In this document: piece by piece, positions 1 to 8,686 of the stretch
Position numbering within the stretch: the stretch's first letter is position 1
How the letters are laid out: each line of letters opens with the position of its first letter
Virus record (IMG/VR): IMGVR_UViG_3300017991_000010
Location: 30,029-94,028 of that record
Source of the DNA: a virus
Reading direction: 5' to 3' (one strand)
Length of the DNA: 64,000 nucleotides
Program-made: the position numbers and the translations under genes
The notes under the pieces: model-generated
What the model saw: the letters and a program-made list of their open reading frames with translations, nothing else
Databases searched by the model: none
Told to the model about the DNA's origin: nothing

Positions 1-78
1 GTCCACGCGCATGTACTGGGCGACCTCGCCGATCGTGAGCAGGTGGTGCGGCGGGAGGCGGGTTTGCAGGGGGCGCAT
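1..78 (-). CDS. Excisionase-like HTH DNA-binding protein, N-terminal part (runs off the window)
   Basis: Manual translation MRPLQTRLPPHHLLTIGEVAQYMRVD; the LLTxxEVAxY motif is typical of MerR-like/Xis HTH proteins. Confidence 0.7.
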   Translation of the reverse strand, partial: MRPLQTRLPPHHLLTIGEVAQYMRVD

Positions 79-86
79 ATGGTAGC

Positions 87-115
87 ATCATACTAGATCG
101 TAGAGCGTCGGTCAA
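87..115 (-). promoter_or_regulatory. Sigma70-type promoter for the HTH gene
   Basis: TTGACC-17nt-TATGAT on the - strand, 8 nt before the ATG. Confidence 0.65.
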
Positions 116-184
116 CGCGCGAAGATCATTGCACCCGACCAAGAAGACCACCTTCCTTCTGGGCGCGCACGCCCGCGAGACGTA

Positions 185-214
185 TTGACTCCCTCCCTCC
201 AGCGCGCGTACTCT
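185..214 (+). promoter_or_regulatory. Sigma70-type promoter of the structural operon
   Basis: TTGACT-18nt-TACTCT, divergent from the HTH gene promoter. Confidence 0.65.
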
Positions 215-272
215 TGATCGCGTACCCACCGATGCGCCGCCCGGCCTCATCGGCCAACGAAAGGGCGGCTCT

Positions 273-1889
273 ATGGCTCGAGTGACCTACCGCAGCAGGC
301 GCCGGACGGCCAAACCCAACCCGGGCTTCCTGACCCTGGTCAATCCGGGCAAACCCCCCCGCAAGCGGAAACGAGCCAAGCCCAAGAAGCGAACCACGGG
401 GGCCAGCCGGCGCCCGAGAGCAAACAGCACTGGAGGAACAATGCTGAGAAGGAAAAAGCGGCGCGCAGCCCCGAAGCGTCGGCGCAAGGTCGCCAAGCGC
501 AACCCGATGTCGGCTGCCAAGCGCAAGGCCGCAGCCAAAAAGGCTGCCCGGACCCGCGCTGCCAACAAGCGGAAGCGGTCCCTCGCGGCCAAGAAGGCCG
601 CCCGGACGCGCAAGCGCAAGTCGCGCAAGCGTGCAGCCCCGAAGCGCTCGTACCGGCGCAATGCTTCCAAAAAGCGGAAGCTGACCGCGGCGCAGAAAAA
701 GCGGCGCGCAGCTGCCCTCAAGGGCATCCGGCTCAAGAAGGGCCGCAAGGGCAAAAAGCGCAAGGTCACCAAGGGCGTCAGCCCCCGGCCCAACCGCAGG
801 CGGCGCGTGACCCGTCGGCGTAGGAGCTACATGCGCAACAGGCCCGTCCGTAGGCGGCGCATCAGGCGCAGGGCCAAGCGGAACGTCGGGCTGGAGATGC
901 TCAAGAGCGTGGGCGCTGGCTTCGCCGGCTTCCTGGCGGGTCGACTGACCGCCAACATGCTTGCTCGGGCGACCTTCCTGCCCGCAGCTGTGCAGCCCTA
1001 CGTGCCCCTCGTCGGAACCGTCGGCGCTGTGGCGCTGGCCTACTACCTCCCGAAGAAGGTCAAGGCCCTCAGGGTCAAGCCGGCCACGCACACCGCTCTG
1101 GTGCTCGGCACCGGCATCGCGGCTGCGGACGTGCTCTTCTCGTCCCTGGCCCCCGCCAGCGTGCGTCAGTACGTCGGCGCTCCCCCGCCTGTGGCCATCC
1201 CCGGCCTCTCGGGCGACCTGAGCGTCTACGAGGCCTCGCTGCGCGGCTTCGGCACCCCGCCCGCCTTCCTCGACGAGAGCGGCGACTGGGGCATGCAGCC
1301 CATGTTGCCCGGCCGGAGCTACCCCGTGGGCAAGTCCATGGCCGAGTACGTGCAAGAGCCCCTGGGCGCCACCGTACACGAGGCGATGGCCGAGTACATC
1401 CAGGAGCCCGGCATGGGCGAGTACGTCGTGGACGAGGATGGCGCAGTCCTCTCCGGCCATGACGAGCTGGACGCAGGCGTCGTGAGCGACGGCCTGTTCG
1501 GCGACGACGTGGACATCATGGCTCTCGATGGGGACGAACTCCCTTTTGAGGGTAGCGCAGCTGCCGGCGCCGCCGCGGCTGCAGCGCGTCGCATGGCTCA
1601 GATCGGCGCAGCCAACGGCCGCCCCGAGGCTGAGGTCCACCGTGCCGGCTACGGCGCAGCGTGCCAGGCCATTGGCGCGGGTCAGCTCTCGAGCGCCCTG
1701 CGTGCGATGGTCGAGGCGGAGATCCAGAAGGCCATGGGCCGCGTGCAGGCGTTCACGCCCGTGCAGGACCCGGCCGCTGGCGCCCCGATGGCCGTCGGCC
1801 CGATCCGCGCCCCCCAGCCCGCCAAGTGGACCTACGGGTCCGTGAGCGAGGGCGGAGGCGTCTTCGGGAAGTCGAGCATCGGCGGCTAG
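273..1889 (+). CDS. Tripartite virion core protein: Arg/Lys-rich tract, hydrophobic segments, acidic repeat tail
   Basis: First ~204 aa contain no D/E and are very K/R-rich; three hydrophobic stretches follow, then MAEYxQEP repeats; an alternative in-frame ATG at 441 has a GGAGG SD. Confidence 0.75.
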   Translation: MARVTYRSRRRTAKPNPGFLTLVNPGKPPRKRKRAKPKKRTTGASRRPRANSTGGTMLRRKKRRAAPKRRRKVAKRNPMSAAKRKAAAKKAARTRAANKRKRSLAAKKAARTRKRKSRKRAAPKRSYRRNASKKRKLTAAQKKRRAAALKGIRLKKGRKGKKRKVTKGVSPRPNRRRRVTRRRRSYMRNRPVRRRRIRRRAKRNVGLEMLKSVGAGFAGFLAGRLTANMLARATFLPAAVQPYVPLVGTVGAVALAYYLPKKVKALRVKPATHTALVLGTGIAAADVLFSSLAPASVRQYVGAPPPVAIPGLSGDLSVYEASLRGFGTPPAFLDESGDWGMQPMLPGRSYPVGKSMAEYVQEPLGATVHEAMAEYIQEPGMGEYVVDEDGAVLSGHDELDAGVVSDGLFGDDVDIMALDGDELPFEGSAAAGAAAAAARRMAQIGAANGRPEAEVHRAGYGAACQAIGAGQLSSALRAMVEAEIQKAMGRVQAFTPVQDPAAGAPMAVGPIRAPQPAKWTYGSVSEGGGVFGKSSIGG

Positions 1890-1964
1890 CAACTGAAACG
1901 ACCGGCGCCTCTCCTCGCCATGGAGGCTAAAGAAACGGCGTCGGCAAGCATAGAGGAGGCAGTA

Positions 1965-2576
1965 ATGCCTAAGATTCGCGGAGCAAGAGAGAAGCGCCAC
2001 CAGCCGTTCTGGGATAGCCTGATTCGCGGCACGGCGGGCAGCTACACGTTCGCATCCGGCGCAAACGCGCTGGGCGCGACCAACAACCTGTTCCAGACCC
2101 AGTCGGGCGGGAACCTGGCGATCACCAACATGGAAGGCAGCGGCGTCTTCCCGTCGGATCAGACCTACCGAATCCTCGCGATGCGCGTGGGACTGCACTT
2201 CCGCGGGATCACCGGCGGCGGCCTGACCGATCACATCATGTACCACCGAGCCGCCTGCCAGCTCTTCTGGGAGCTGTTCGTCGCCCAGAAGTCGGCGTTC
2301 CAGGCGTACACGCCCTACCTGCCCCTCGGCGGCGGGCTCTTCGGTGACGTCGGCAACGACACGACCGTGTACTTCAACAACGGAAACCCGGGCATGGACG
2401 CGACCATGGTTCTCGCCCGCAGCATCGCCCTCCCGGCGAGGCAGAACTTCCGCGTCGTGAACACGATCGTGGCCTGCGGCGCCGCCAACTTCCTCACCGA
2501 CATCGGCAGCGTGACCGGCGGGGAAATCTGGATCTGGTACACGGTGGACGGCTTGCACGTCCGCGACATCCTGTAG
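1965..2576 (+). CDS. Putative major capsid protein (single-jelly-roll-like)
   Basis: Strong SD GAGGAGG; 203 aa with alternating beta-strand pattern; first of three similar-sized genes; followed by hairpins; paralog at 39949. The fold is inferred. Confidence 0.55.
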   Translation: MPKIRGAREKRHQPFWDSLIRGTAGSYTFASGANALGATNNLFQTQSGGNLAITNMEGSGVFPSDQTYRILAMRVGLHFRGITGGGLTDHIMYHRAACQLFWELFVAQKSAFQAYTPYLPLGGGLFGDVGNDTTVYFNNGNPGMDATMVLARSIALPARQNFRVVNTIVACGAANFLTDIGSVTGGEIWIWYTVDGLHVRDIL

Positions 2577-2585
2577 CAGCTGCTC

Positions 2586-2701
2586 CCACGCGGGAGTTTC
2601 GACTGCAGGATAGTTCGAGTTTCATACCCCCCACCGTCTGGCGTGACGCTGGGCGGTGGGGGAGTGCCCCTGCCAGGGGGCTACCCACTGCCCCGGGCAG
2701 T
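2586..2701 (+). promoter_or_regulatory. Structured intergenic region after the putative MCP gene
   Basis: Hairpins ctccc/gggag, cccccaccgtctggcg-tga-cgctgggcggtggggg, cccct/agggg, actgcc/ggcagt. Confidence 0.5.
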
Positions 2702-2717
2702 TAGGAGAAAGCAAAAG

Positions 2718-3356
2718 ATGACCATCCCCTCCCTCAACAACCTGGCCAAGGCCATCCGCACGATCGATGGTAGGTTCAAGGCGCTCCAGCAGAACATCCT
2801 CCAGCGCCAGGACAACCTCGACAAGCTCCTCGTAGGGCGCGAGCCCACCGAGTCAGATCGCTTGGTTGCGTGCGCGGCGAAGATCATCCCCTTCCACTAC
2901 GTGATCGACATCGACTTCGACGCGGCAGACACGGCCAGAAGGCCCGGCACCGTGACCATCACACAAGAGGGCTACTTCTTGATGGATCGGCTGTACGCTT
3001 GCTGGCGCCCCACTGACGGCGCATTCATCGGTCGTTACCAGCCGATCTCGAGCGACAGTCCTGCTATCGCCAACGCCGAGTTAGTCAGCGGTGGTCAGTT
3101 CGCAAACAAGGTCGACTTCACCTGGGAACTCGTCGAGGGCGCGGCCCAAAGGGGTCGTCAGGACTTCGCAGTCCCCGGCGCGATCCTCTACCGGACCGAT
3201 GACGACGGCTACACCCAGAAGTGCAGCGACATCTTCATGCCGGCCTCGGTCGTCACGCTCTCCTGCACCCCGCTGTACGCGACGGCCACCGCAGGCACCT
3301 TCACCTTCGTGCTCGCTGGCCGCCAGCTCCTCAACGTCGTGGAGGGCGGAGCGTGA
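2718..3356 (+). CDS. Putative capsid protein 2 (N-terminal coiled coil plus beta-sandwich)
   Basis: SD AGGAG; beta-rich C-terminal ~140 aa (PFHYVIDIDF...FTFVLAGRQL). Confidence 0.5.
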   Translation: MTIPSLNNLAKAIRTIDGRFKALQQNILQRQDNLDKLLVGREPTESDRLVACAAKIIPFHYVIDIDFDAADTARRPGTVTITQEGYFLMDRLYACWRPTDGAFIGRYQPISSDSPAIANAELVSGGQFANKVDFTWELVEGAAQRGRQDFAVPGAILYRTDDDGYTQKCSDIFMPASVVTLSCTPLYATATAGTFTFVLAGRQLLNVVEGGA

Positions 3357-3991
3357 GTGTGACTCGCCCAAACAGGCGGCTGCGCGCGGGAGACCCGGCG
3401 CCCGCTGTGGCCGGCAAGCCCTCTGCAGGCGGCATCATCCGCCCCGGCGCGCCCGAGGCGGAGGCATGCGGCTGCAACTGGAATCGCAACGTCTTCTGGG
3501 AGGACTTCCCCTGGGAGAAGGTAAGTTGGTTCAGTCGCGAGGCGCGCGTCAGTATAGCCGCCGGGCCTGGCCAGTATGTCGTCGACACATTCACGATCCC
3601 ACGGGGACAAGTGCTTGCCCTGACGTCGGTCTTGTTCCGCGTGGTCGTCCAGCTGGGGGGTGTTGCGGGACCTTACTTCTTCCTGCCGGATGACGGTGTC
3701 TTGTTTCAGTGCGCCTTTGGGTTCATGATCGGCGGCACGTCTCCATTCGATCGCTACTTCAATATGGGGCTAGGCGACCAGAACCGCTGGGAGGTACTCA
3801 ACCGGAACATTGCAACCGCTGGCGTTCCGTGGCGCACCTACGCTTTTGAGGGGCAGGATGTCGTCTCGGTCTTCGACGCGCCTCTCCTTCCAGCCAACGC
3901 AACATTTGCGCTTGTCGAGTACCAGGGCGTCTGGATTCCCAAGAGGACCTACGACATGTACCGAGAGAAGTTCACCGGGGGGCGTGGCTGA
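3353..3991 (+). CDS. Putative capsid/penton protein 3 (beta-sandwich)
   Basis: GTG overlaps the upstream stop; DTFTIPRGQVL...FEGQDVVSV pattern is reminiscent of single-jelly-roll capsid proteins. Confidence 0.5.
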   Translation: MSVTRPNRRLRAGDPAPAVAGKPSAGGIIRPGAPEAEACGCNWNRNVFWEDFPWEKVSWFSREARVSIAAGPGQYVVDTFTIPRGQVLALTSVLFRVVVQLGGVAGPYFFLPDDGVLFQCAFGFMIGGTSPFDRYFNMGLGDQNRWEVLNRNIATAGVPWRTYAFEGQDVVSVFDAPLLPANATFALVEYQGVWIPKRTYDMYREKFTGGRG

Positions 3992-4644
3992 TGGCTGCTG
4001 CTGAACAGGTCGCCGGCCGAGCACCTACCGAAGTCGAGAAGCGCGATGTGGCCGCGCGCCTCGAGCGCCTGCGCAAGTCCATCAGCGCGTTCCATCGGGC
4101 GCGCCTGAAGACCGGCGAGTACCTCATGGGCATGCGCAAGATGCGCTACCCCCAGGCCCAAGGCATCGAGGTGGCGCGATCGCTCCGTAGCCCCGTGGAC
4201 GAGGAGCGCGCCGTTGGCGGCCTGCGCTCGCTCAACCAGCTCTTGCTCGGGCGCGATCCTACGGTCGCCGAGATGGAGGCTGGCGTAGCGGTCCAGGAGA
4301 CAGGCCTCGGGATCATCCCTGCGCTGCCTGCCACTTGGGTCGCCGTCACGGCCATCGCAGGCGGGGCCTGGTCCCTGTCCTCGATCTTCGACGCCCTGAC
4401 CGAGCGCGAGCGCCGCATCCAGCGCGAGCTGAACCCCTCGGCGGCATTCTGGTCGGACGTAGCCAACACCGCAGCGACCTGGGTCTTGCCCGTGCTCATC
4501 GTGGGGGGCGTGGTCGTGGGCGGCTGGTACCTCTGGTCCAGGATGAAGAAGGGCAAGGGCCGCAAGCGCAAGGGCAAGCTCCAGAGCAAGCGCCCTGCCA
4601 AGAAACTGCCGCCGAAGCCGGCGGAGAAAGAGAAAGAGGAGTAG
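3991..4644 (+). CDS. Virion membrane protein
   Basis: Two hydrophobic segments; C-terminal TM followed by a basic tail. Confidence 0.7.
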   Translation: MAAAEQVAGRAPTEVEKRDVAARLERLRKSISAFHRARLKTGEYLMGMRKMRYPQAQGIEVARSLRSPVDEERAVGGLRSLNQLLLGRDPTVAEMEAGVAVQETGLGIIPALPATWVAVTAIAGGAWSLSSIFDALTERERRIQRELNPSAAFWSDVANTAATWVLPVLIVGGVVVGGWYLWSRMKKGKGRKRKGKLQSKRPAKKLPPKPAEKEKEE

Positions 4645-4647
4645 CCA

Positions 4648-5259
4648 ATGCAGACTCCTGTCAACGACTACATCGCCCGGCTTGCGACGCGGCTGGCCAA
4701 CAGGACCTTGCGCCGGCTCGCGACGATCCCCATGGCGCAGAAGCGCGCGCTCTCTCTCCGCGGCATCCTGCGCCAGCTGAACGTGGAGAAGGTCTACGAG
4801 GCGGCTGTCTCCGGCGGCATGAACCCCAAGACCGCCCTCGTCGCAGCCTACGCCGAGTACCTACGCAGACAGGGCGGCCTACCCCAAGGCGGCCTTGCTG
4901 ACTTCGAGGAGGACATGGCCCAGGCCGAGCAGATCATGGGCGCCATCGAACAGGGCGCGGACACGCTGGAGCACGTCGTCGACACGGGCACCTCCATCTA
5001 CGGCTCGATCGCCGGGGCCATCCGCGGCGAGACCACGGGCGAGTCCCCGCCCCAGCTCACCGAGGAGGGCGCGCGGCGCCTGGCCCAGATCCGCGCGGGC
5101 GGTATCGCCGTGGGCCAGCCGGTCGCGGCGCCTGGCGTGCTCGATTCCATACTCGGCGGCGGCCCGGGAGGCATGTCGACATCCATCCTGATCGGCGGGG
5201 CGGCGGCTGGCGCAGCGCTGCTCTACTTCCTCGCGACCAAAAAGAAGAAGCGGAAGTGA
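4648..5259 (+). CDS. C-terminally anchored membrane protein
   Basis: Ends ILIGGAAAGAALLYFLATKKKKRK. Confidence 0.7.
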   Translation: MQTPVNDYIARLATRLANRTLRRLATIPMAQKRALSLRGILRQLNVEKVYEAAVSGGMNPKTALVAAYAEYLRRQGGLPQGGLADFEEDMAQAEQIMGAIEQGADTLEHVVDTGTSIYGSIAGAIRGETTGESPPQLTEEGARRLAQIRAGGIAVGQPVAAPGVLDSILGGGPGGMSTSILIGGAAAGAALLYFLATKKKKRK

Positions 5260-5265
5260 TCACCG

Positions 5266-6546
5266 ATGAACGCCGGCAACGCCCGCTCGCTCACGTGGCT
5301 CGAGTACTACGGCATCCTGCGCGCCCAGGGGAAGTCCCCTCGGGCCGCAGCCGTCTTCTGTGAGCAGCCCTCCGAGGAGGCAGCCGAGCGCTTCACCCAG
5401 CTCTCCGAGATCGCTAGCCTCATGCAGCAGTCGCGCTCGGCCGTCCGCGACGTAGCCTTCACCACCCAGGCCAACATCATCTCGGCCGTGCCTGTCGTGG
5501 GCAACTTTGCCGCGCGCGTGCTCGGCTGGATGCGCGACCTCGTCTCCGCCATCGAGAAGGTGCAGCGTCAGGCGTGCGAGGACGACTGCCCAGGCATCAA
5601 CAGCTGGGCGCGACGCAACATCATTGGCATCAACCCGGGCCCCGGTGGCATGGAGGTCATGGGCACGCTCATCTGGAGCCTGCACGACGGCCTCGTTGTC
5701 GACGGGCTCGGGGGCGGCGCCGACGCGCTGGGGCGGTACGTGGGCGTGATCACGCGCGTGGGCCCGGCCGACTCCGGCAGGACGACCTCCGAGGGCGTGT
5801 GGTCCACCGACTCGCGCTATGCCTCCCTGCTCGACCCGCGGGTGGCGCGAGAGGGCCGCTACGCCAACTGGCCGCCGGCTGGCATCCCCGAGGGCAACTA
5901 CGCCCACCCCGAGGCTGCCCCCGGCAACAACTTCTGGTACAGGGCCTGGCGCGTCCAGCAGATCCTGAACTGGATGGAGAACAAGATGAGCTGCCGGGAC
6001 GCCTGGTGCTTCCGCGAGCAGCTGCGCACCTTCTCCATGGCGATCAAGGGCGCGCTCAAGGAGGAGGGCGTCGCCGCTGAGCAGGCCGACCGCGTCGCGG
6101 ACCAGGCCACCCGCCGCAAGGGCTCGCGCTGGTACGCGTCGATGTGGCAGCTCCACAAGGACGTCTGGGACCTCGCCGCCGGCCGCCCCGAGGTCGCAGA
6201 CGTGGCGCAGGCCCTCGGCGAGACGACCTTCGCGAGCGAGTACCGCGCGGCCATCGCCGGCAAGACGTACCCCGAGCGCGACCTGCGCATGTGGCCCTGG
6301 TGGCCCATCACGAAGAAGCTCTCGTGGGACGGGGCGCGCGCTCTGCTCCTCGAGATCGCTCCCGTGCCCCAGCTCACGGCAGCGGGCGCGGCGCGCCTTG
6401 CTCAGATCCGAGCAGGCGGCATTGCGCTCCAGCAGGCCCAGGCAGCGCGCCCCGTGGCCAGGGACCCCGGACTACCCTCCTGGGCGCTCCCGGCCGGTGT
6501 GGTTGCCGCTAGCGGCCTTCTCTGGTACCTTCTGAAGGGAAAGTAA
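5266..6546 (+). CDS. C-terminally anchored membrane protein with a globular domain
   Basis: Ends WALPAGVVAASGLLWYLLKGK; shares PQLTxxGAxRLAQIRAGGIA with the previous gene. Confidence 0.7.
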   Translation: MNAGNARSLTWLEYYGILRAQGKSPRAAAVFCEQPSEEAAERFTQLSEIASLMQQSRSAVRDVAFTTQANIISAVPVVGNFAARVLGWMRDLVSAIEKVQRQACEDDCPGINSWARRNIIGINPGPGGMEVMGTLIWSLHDGLVVDGLGGGADALGRYVGVITRVGPADSGRTTSEGVWSTDSRYASLLDPRVAREGRYANWPPAGIPEGNYAHPEAAPGNNFWYRAWRVQQILNWMENKMSCRDAWCFREQLRTFSMAIKGALKEEGVAAEQADRVADQATRRKGSRWYASMWQLHKDVWDLAAGRPEVADVAQALGETTFASEYRAAIAGKTYPERDLRMWPWWPITKKLSWDGARALLLEIAPVPQLTAAGAARLAQIRAGGIALQQAQAARPVARDPGLPSWALPAGVVAASGLLWYLLKGK

Positions 6547-6554
6547 GAGGTAGC

Positions 6555-7469
6555 ATGCCTACGTTCGGAAAGAGTGTCACCGTACAGGCCGCCCCTGGGA
6601 CGACCACGACCACCACGCAGGCGCCCACGACGGCAGCCGCGCAGTCGGCGTCACTGCCCACAACCTCGGGCACCACGGCCCTGCTCGCAGGCGTGGTCAC
6701 CGTGCCCGACAGCGAGCGCGGCGGCTACATCGCTTGGAAGGGGCGCTACAGCGGTAGGTGGCCGACCCCCGGCCCTGACGGCAAGGTCACGGCCCAGGCC
6801 ATCGACCTCTCGGCCTATCGCGTGGCGCGTGATCGCGTCGCAGCCCTCCTGGCGCGCGATGGCGCCGTGGCGGGCCCTGCGGCTAGCGCCGAACGTGCTG
6901 CGCTCGAGGCCCTTTGGCGCGAGGCCGACCCGCACGGGCTGGCCGCCTTCGACCGACGCGTCGTGGCCGCTGCAACCTTCCAGGGCAACCGGGGCAAGGC
7001 GTTGACCTTCGCCCCCCGCGCCTTCAAACAGTGGTTCGACGGCGCCGTGCATCAGGAGGCCGAGCAGCTCGGGATCAACCGAGACGCCGCCCGCGCGAAC
7101 ATCGTCGCCAAGGGCGTGCCCAACACGGACAAGCAGCGCGTCTTCGGCTTCGACCTGACCGCGGCCCAGCGCTCCTTCGCTTCGGGCGGCGCGACCACGG
7201 GCGGCGAGCCCGAACCCCAGGTGTCGGTGGGCCGGCGCGAGATCTACTCGCCGACCGGGCGCGTGCCCTCGACCACGCCCCCTGCCACGGACATGACGAT
7301 CCCCCCTGGCGCGCCGGCGCCTGATTATGTAGGATACGGAATCTGGGGCGCCCTCGGGGGCGTTCTTGGCGGTGTGGGCGCAGCAGTGCTCAAACAAGAC
7401 GCGAAGATCGGGGCGGGCCTGGGCGCGCTCCTTGGCCTCGGCGCGAAGTACGTGACCGGGAGGAGGTAG
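6555..7469 (+). CDS. Membrane protein with a Thr/Ser/Ala-rich N-terminus
   Basis: TTTTTTQAPTT tract; C-terminal glycine-zipper hydrophobic hairpin. Confidence 0.7.
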   Translation: MPTFGKSVTVQAAPGTTTTTTQAPTTAAAQSASLPTTSGTTALLAGVVTVPDSERGGYIAWKGRYSGRWPTPGPDGKVTAQAIDLSAYRVARDRVAALLARDGAVAGPAASAERAALEALWREADPHGLAAFDRRVVAAATFQGNRGKALTFAPRAFKQWFDGAVHQEAEQLGINRDAARANIVAKGVPNTDKQRVFGFDLTAAQRSFASGGATTGGEPEPQVSVGRREIYSPTGRVPSTTPPATDMTIPPGAPAPDYVGYGIWGALGGVLGGVGAAVLKQDAKIGAGLGALLGLGAKYVTGRR

Positions 7470-7472
7470 ATC

Positions 7473-7787
7473 ATGAACATCAGGAACTGGCTACTGTCGC
7501 AGGTCGACGAGACCGAGGAGCTTGAGGACCTCGCCTACCACGGCGCGGCCTCCGGCGCGTTCGGTCCACTGACTTACTACAGGGACACGATCGCGTTCTA
7601 CGACGAGCACGAGGACGAGATCTGGGAGCGCGCCTCCGAGATGGCAGACGACATGGGCGCCAGCAGCACGCTGGAGTTCATCGCGAGCCTCCAGGGCGCG
7701 CGGCAGGTAGAGGACGACGCCACCTTCAAAAACCTCATGGCGTGGCTCGCTGCCGAGGAGGTAGCGCGCGAGATCGTGGAGGAGTAG
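7473..7787 (+). CDS. Small acidic phage protein
   Basis: SD GGAGG; very D/E-rich; HG..SG...LTYY.DT..FY..H..EIW pattern recalled from phage proteins. Confidence 0.7.
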   Translation: MNIRNWLLSQVDETEELEDLAYHGAASGAFGPLTYYRDTIAFYDEHEDEIWERASEMADDMGASSTLEFIASLQGARQVEDDATFKNLMAWLAAEEVAREIVEE

Positions 7788-7791
7788 GATC

Positions 7792-8181
7792 ATGACCAAA
7801 GAAGAGCTACTCGAAAAGATCAGCCGCAACGACTTCATGTCGGGGTATTTCGAGGCGATCTTGTGGGCTGAGACGGACGACGACGGGGAGCCCTTGGAAA
7901 CCTACCATGGGATCGAGGACTTCTACGCAGGGGATCTCAAAGAGGCTCACTCCGAAGCGCTGGTGTTCTACCGTCAAGCCGAGCCCATCCTCGACGAGAT
8001 CGACGGCGATGACGCGCAGGCTGGGCATGACTTCTGGCTCACGCGCGTAGGACATGGTGCAGGCTTCTGGGATGGCGACTGGCCCGAGCCAGCAGCAACG
8101 AAGCTCACGGAGCTGGCCGAGGACTTCGGGGAGGTGTGGGTGTACGTAGGGGACGACGGTAAACTCGGATTCAGCCGCTAA
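7792..8181 (+). CDS. Small acidic phage protein (GHDFWLTR family)
   Basis: Motif AGHDFWLTRVGHGAGFWDGDWP. Confidence 0.7.
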   Translation: MTKEELLEKISRNDFMSGYFEAILWAETDDDGEPLETYHGIEDFYAGDLKEAHSEALVFYRQAEPILDEIDGDDAQAGHDFWLTRVGHGAGFWDGDWPEPAATKLTELAEDFGEVWVYVGDDGKLGFSR

Positions 8182-8193
8182 CCAACGAGCCCG

Positions 8194-8223
8194 TTGCCAA
8201 CGCCCCCGTTGGCGTGATATCCT
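8194..8223 (+). promoter_or_regulatory. Leaderless-type promoter
   Basis: TTGCCA-18nt-TATCCT with extended TG; ATG 6 nt downstream and no SD. Confidence 0.6.
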
Positions 8224-8229
8224 CCCCAC

Positions 8230-8685
8230 ATGCCTGGTCCTTTCGATCGATCCATTCTCGACGCGCTGACCGGCTCCCTGGTTGACACCGTCAAGGGCGC
8301 CGCCTACTCCGCCATCCCCGAGTGCAACTGCTGCGACCAGAAGGCCGTGCCCATCCCGTGCGTGGCCTGCGGCGAGTACTCCTGCATCGATCATGGGTTC
8401 TTCAACAAGCGCCTACAGGCGATCTGCGGCCAGTGCGCCATGGCGCTCGAGGTCGACCTCGACGAGGACGAGCCCCAGGTGGCCGACGTCGACGCCGAGC
8501 GCATCGACTGGGCGTTCTCGATCCTGGGCCTGAGTAAGAGCGCGACAAGCGACGAGATCAAGGCCGCGCACCGCAAGCTGGCCATGCAGTACCACCCCGA
8601 CCGTGGGGGCAATGAGACGGACTTCTCGCAGGCGCAGAAGGCCTTCGAGGTCGCGTCGGAGTACGCAAAGCAGGAGGGACGATAG
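8230..8685 (+). CDS. Zn-finger plus J-domain co-chaperone
   Basis: Cys/His-rich N-terminus; ILGL...EIKAAHRKLAMQYHPDRGG with the HPD motif. Confidence 0.85.
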   Translation: MPGPFDRSILDALTGSLVDTVKGAAYSAIPECNCCDQKAVPIPCVACGEYSCIDHGFFNKRLQAICGQCAMALEVDLDEDEPQVADVDAERIDWAFSILGLSKSATSDEIKAAHRKLAMQYHPDRGGNETDFSQAQKAFEVASEYAKQEGR

Positions 8686-8686
8686 C

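Noticed and set aside
232-272. Ribozyme or riboswitch in the 5' leader
   Set aside because: A hairpin with GAAA is present, but there is no recognisable catalytic or aptamer consensus
126-2558. 810-aa minus-strand ORF, and similar long antisense ORFs at 9191, 24495, 35547, 45890, 49726 and 54028
   Set aside because: Shadow frames of real genes caused by high GC3; no motifs or SD, and the opposite strand has coherent coupled genes
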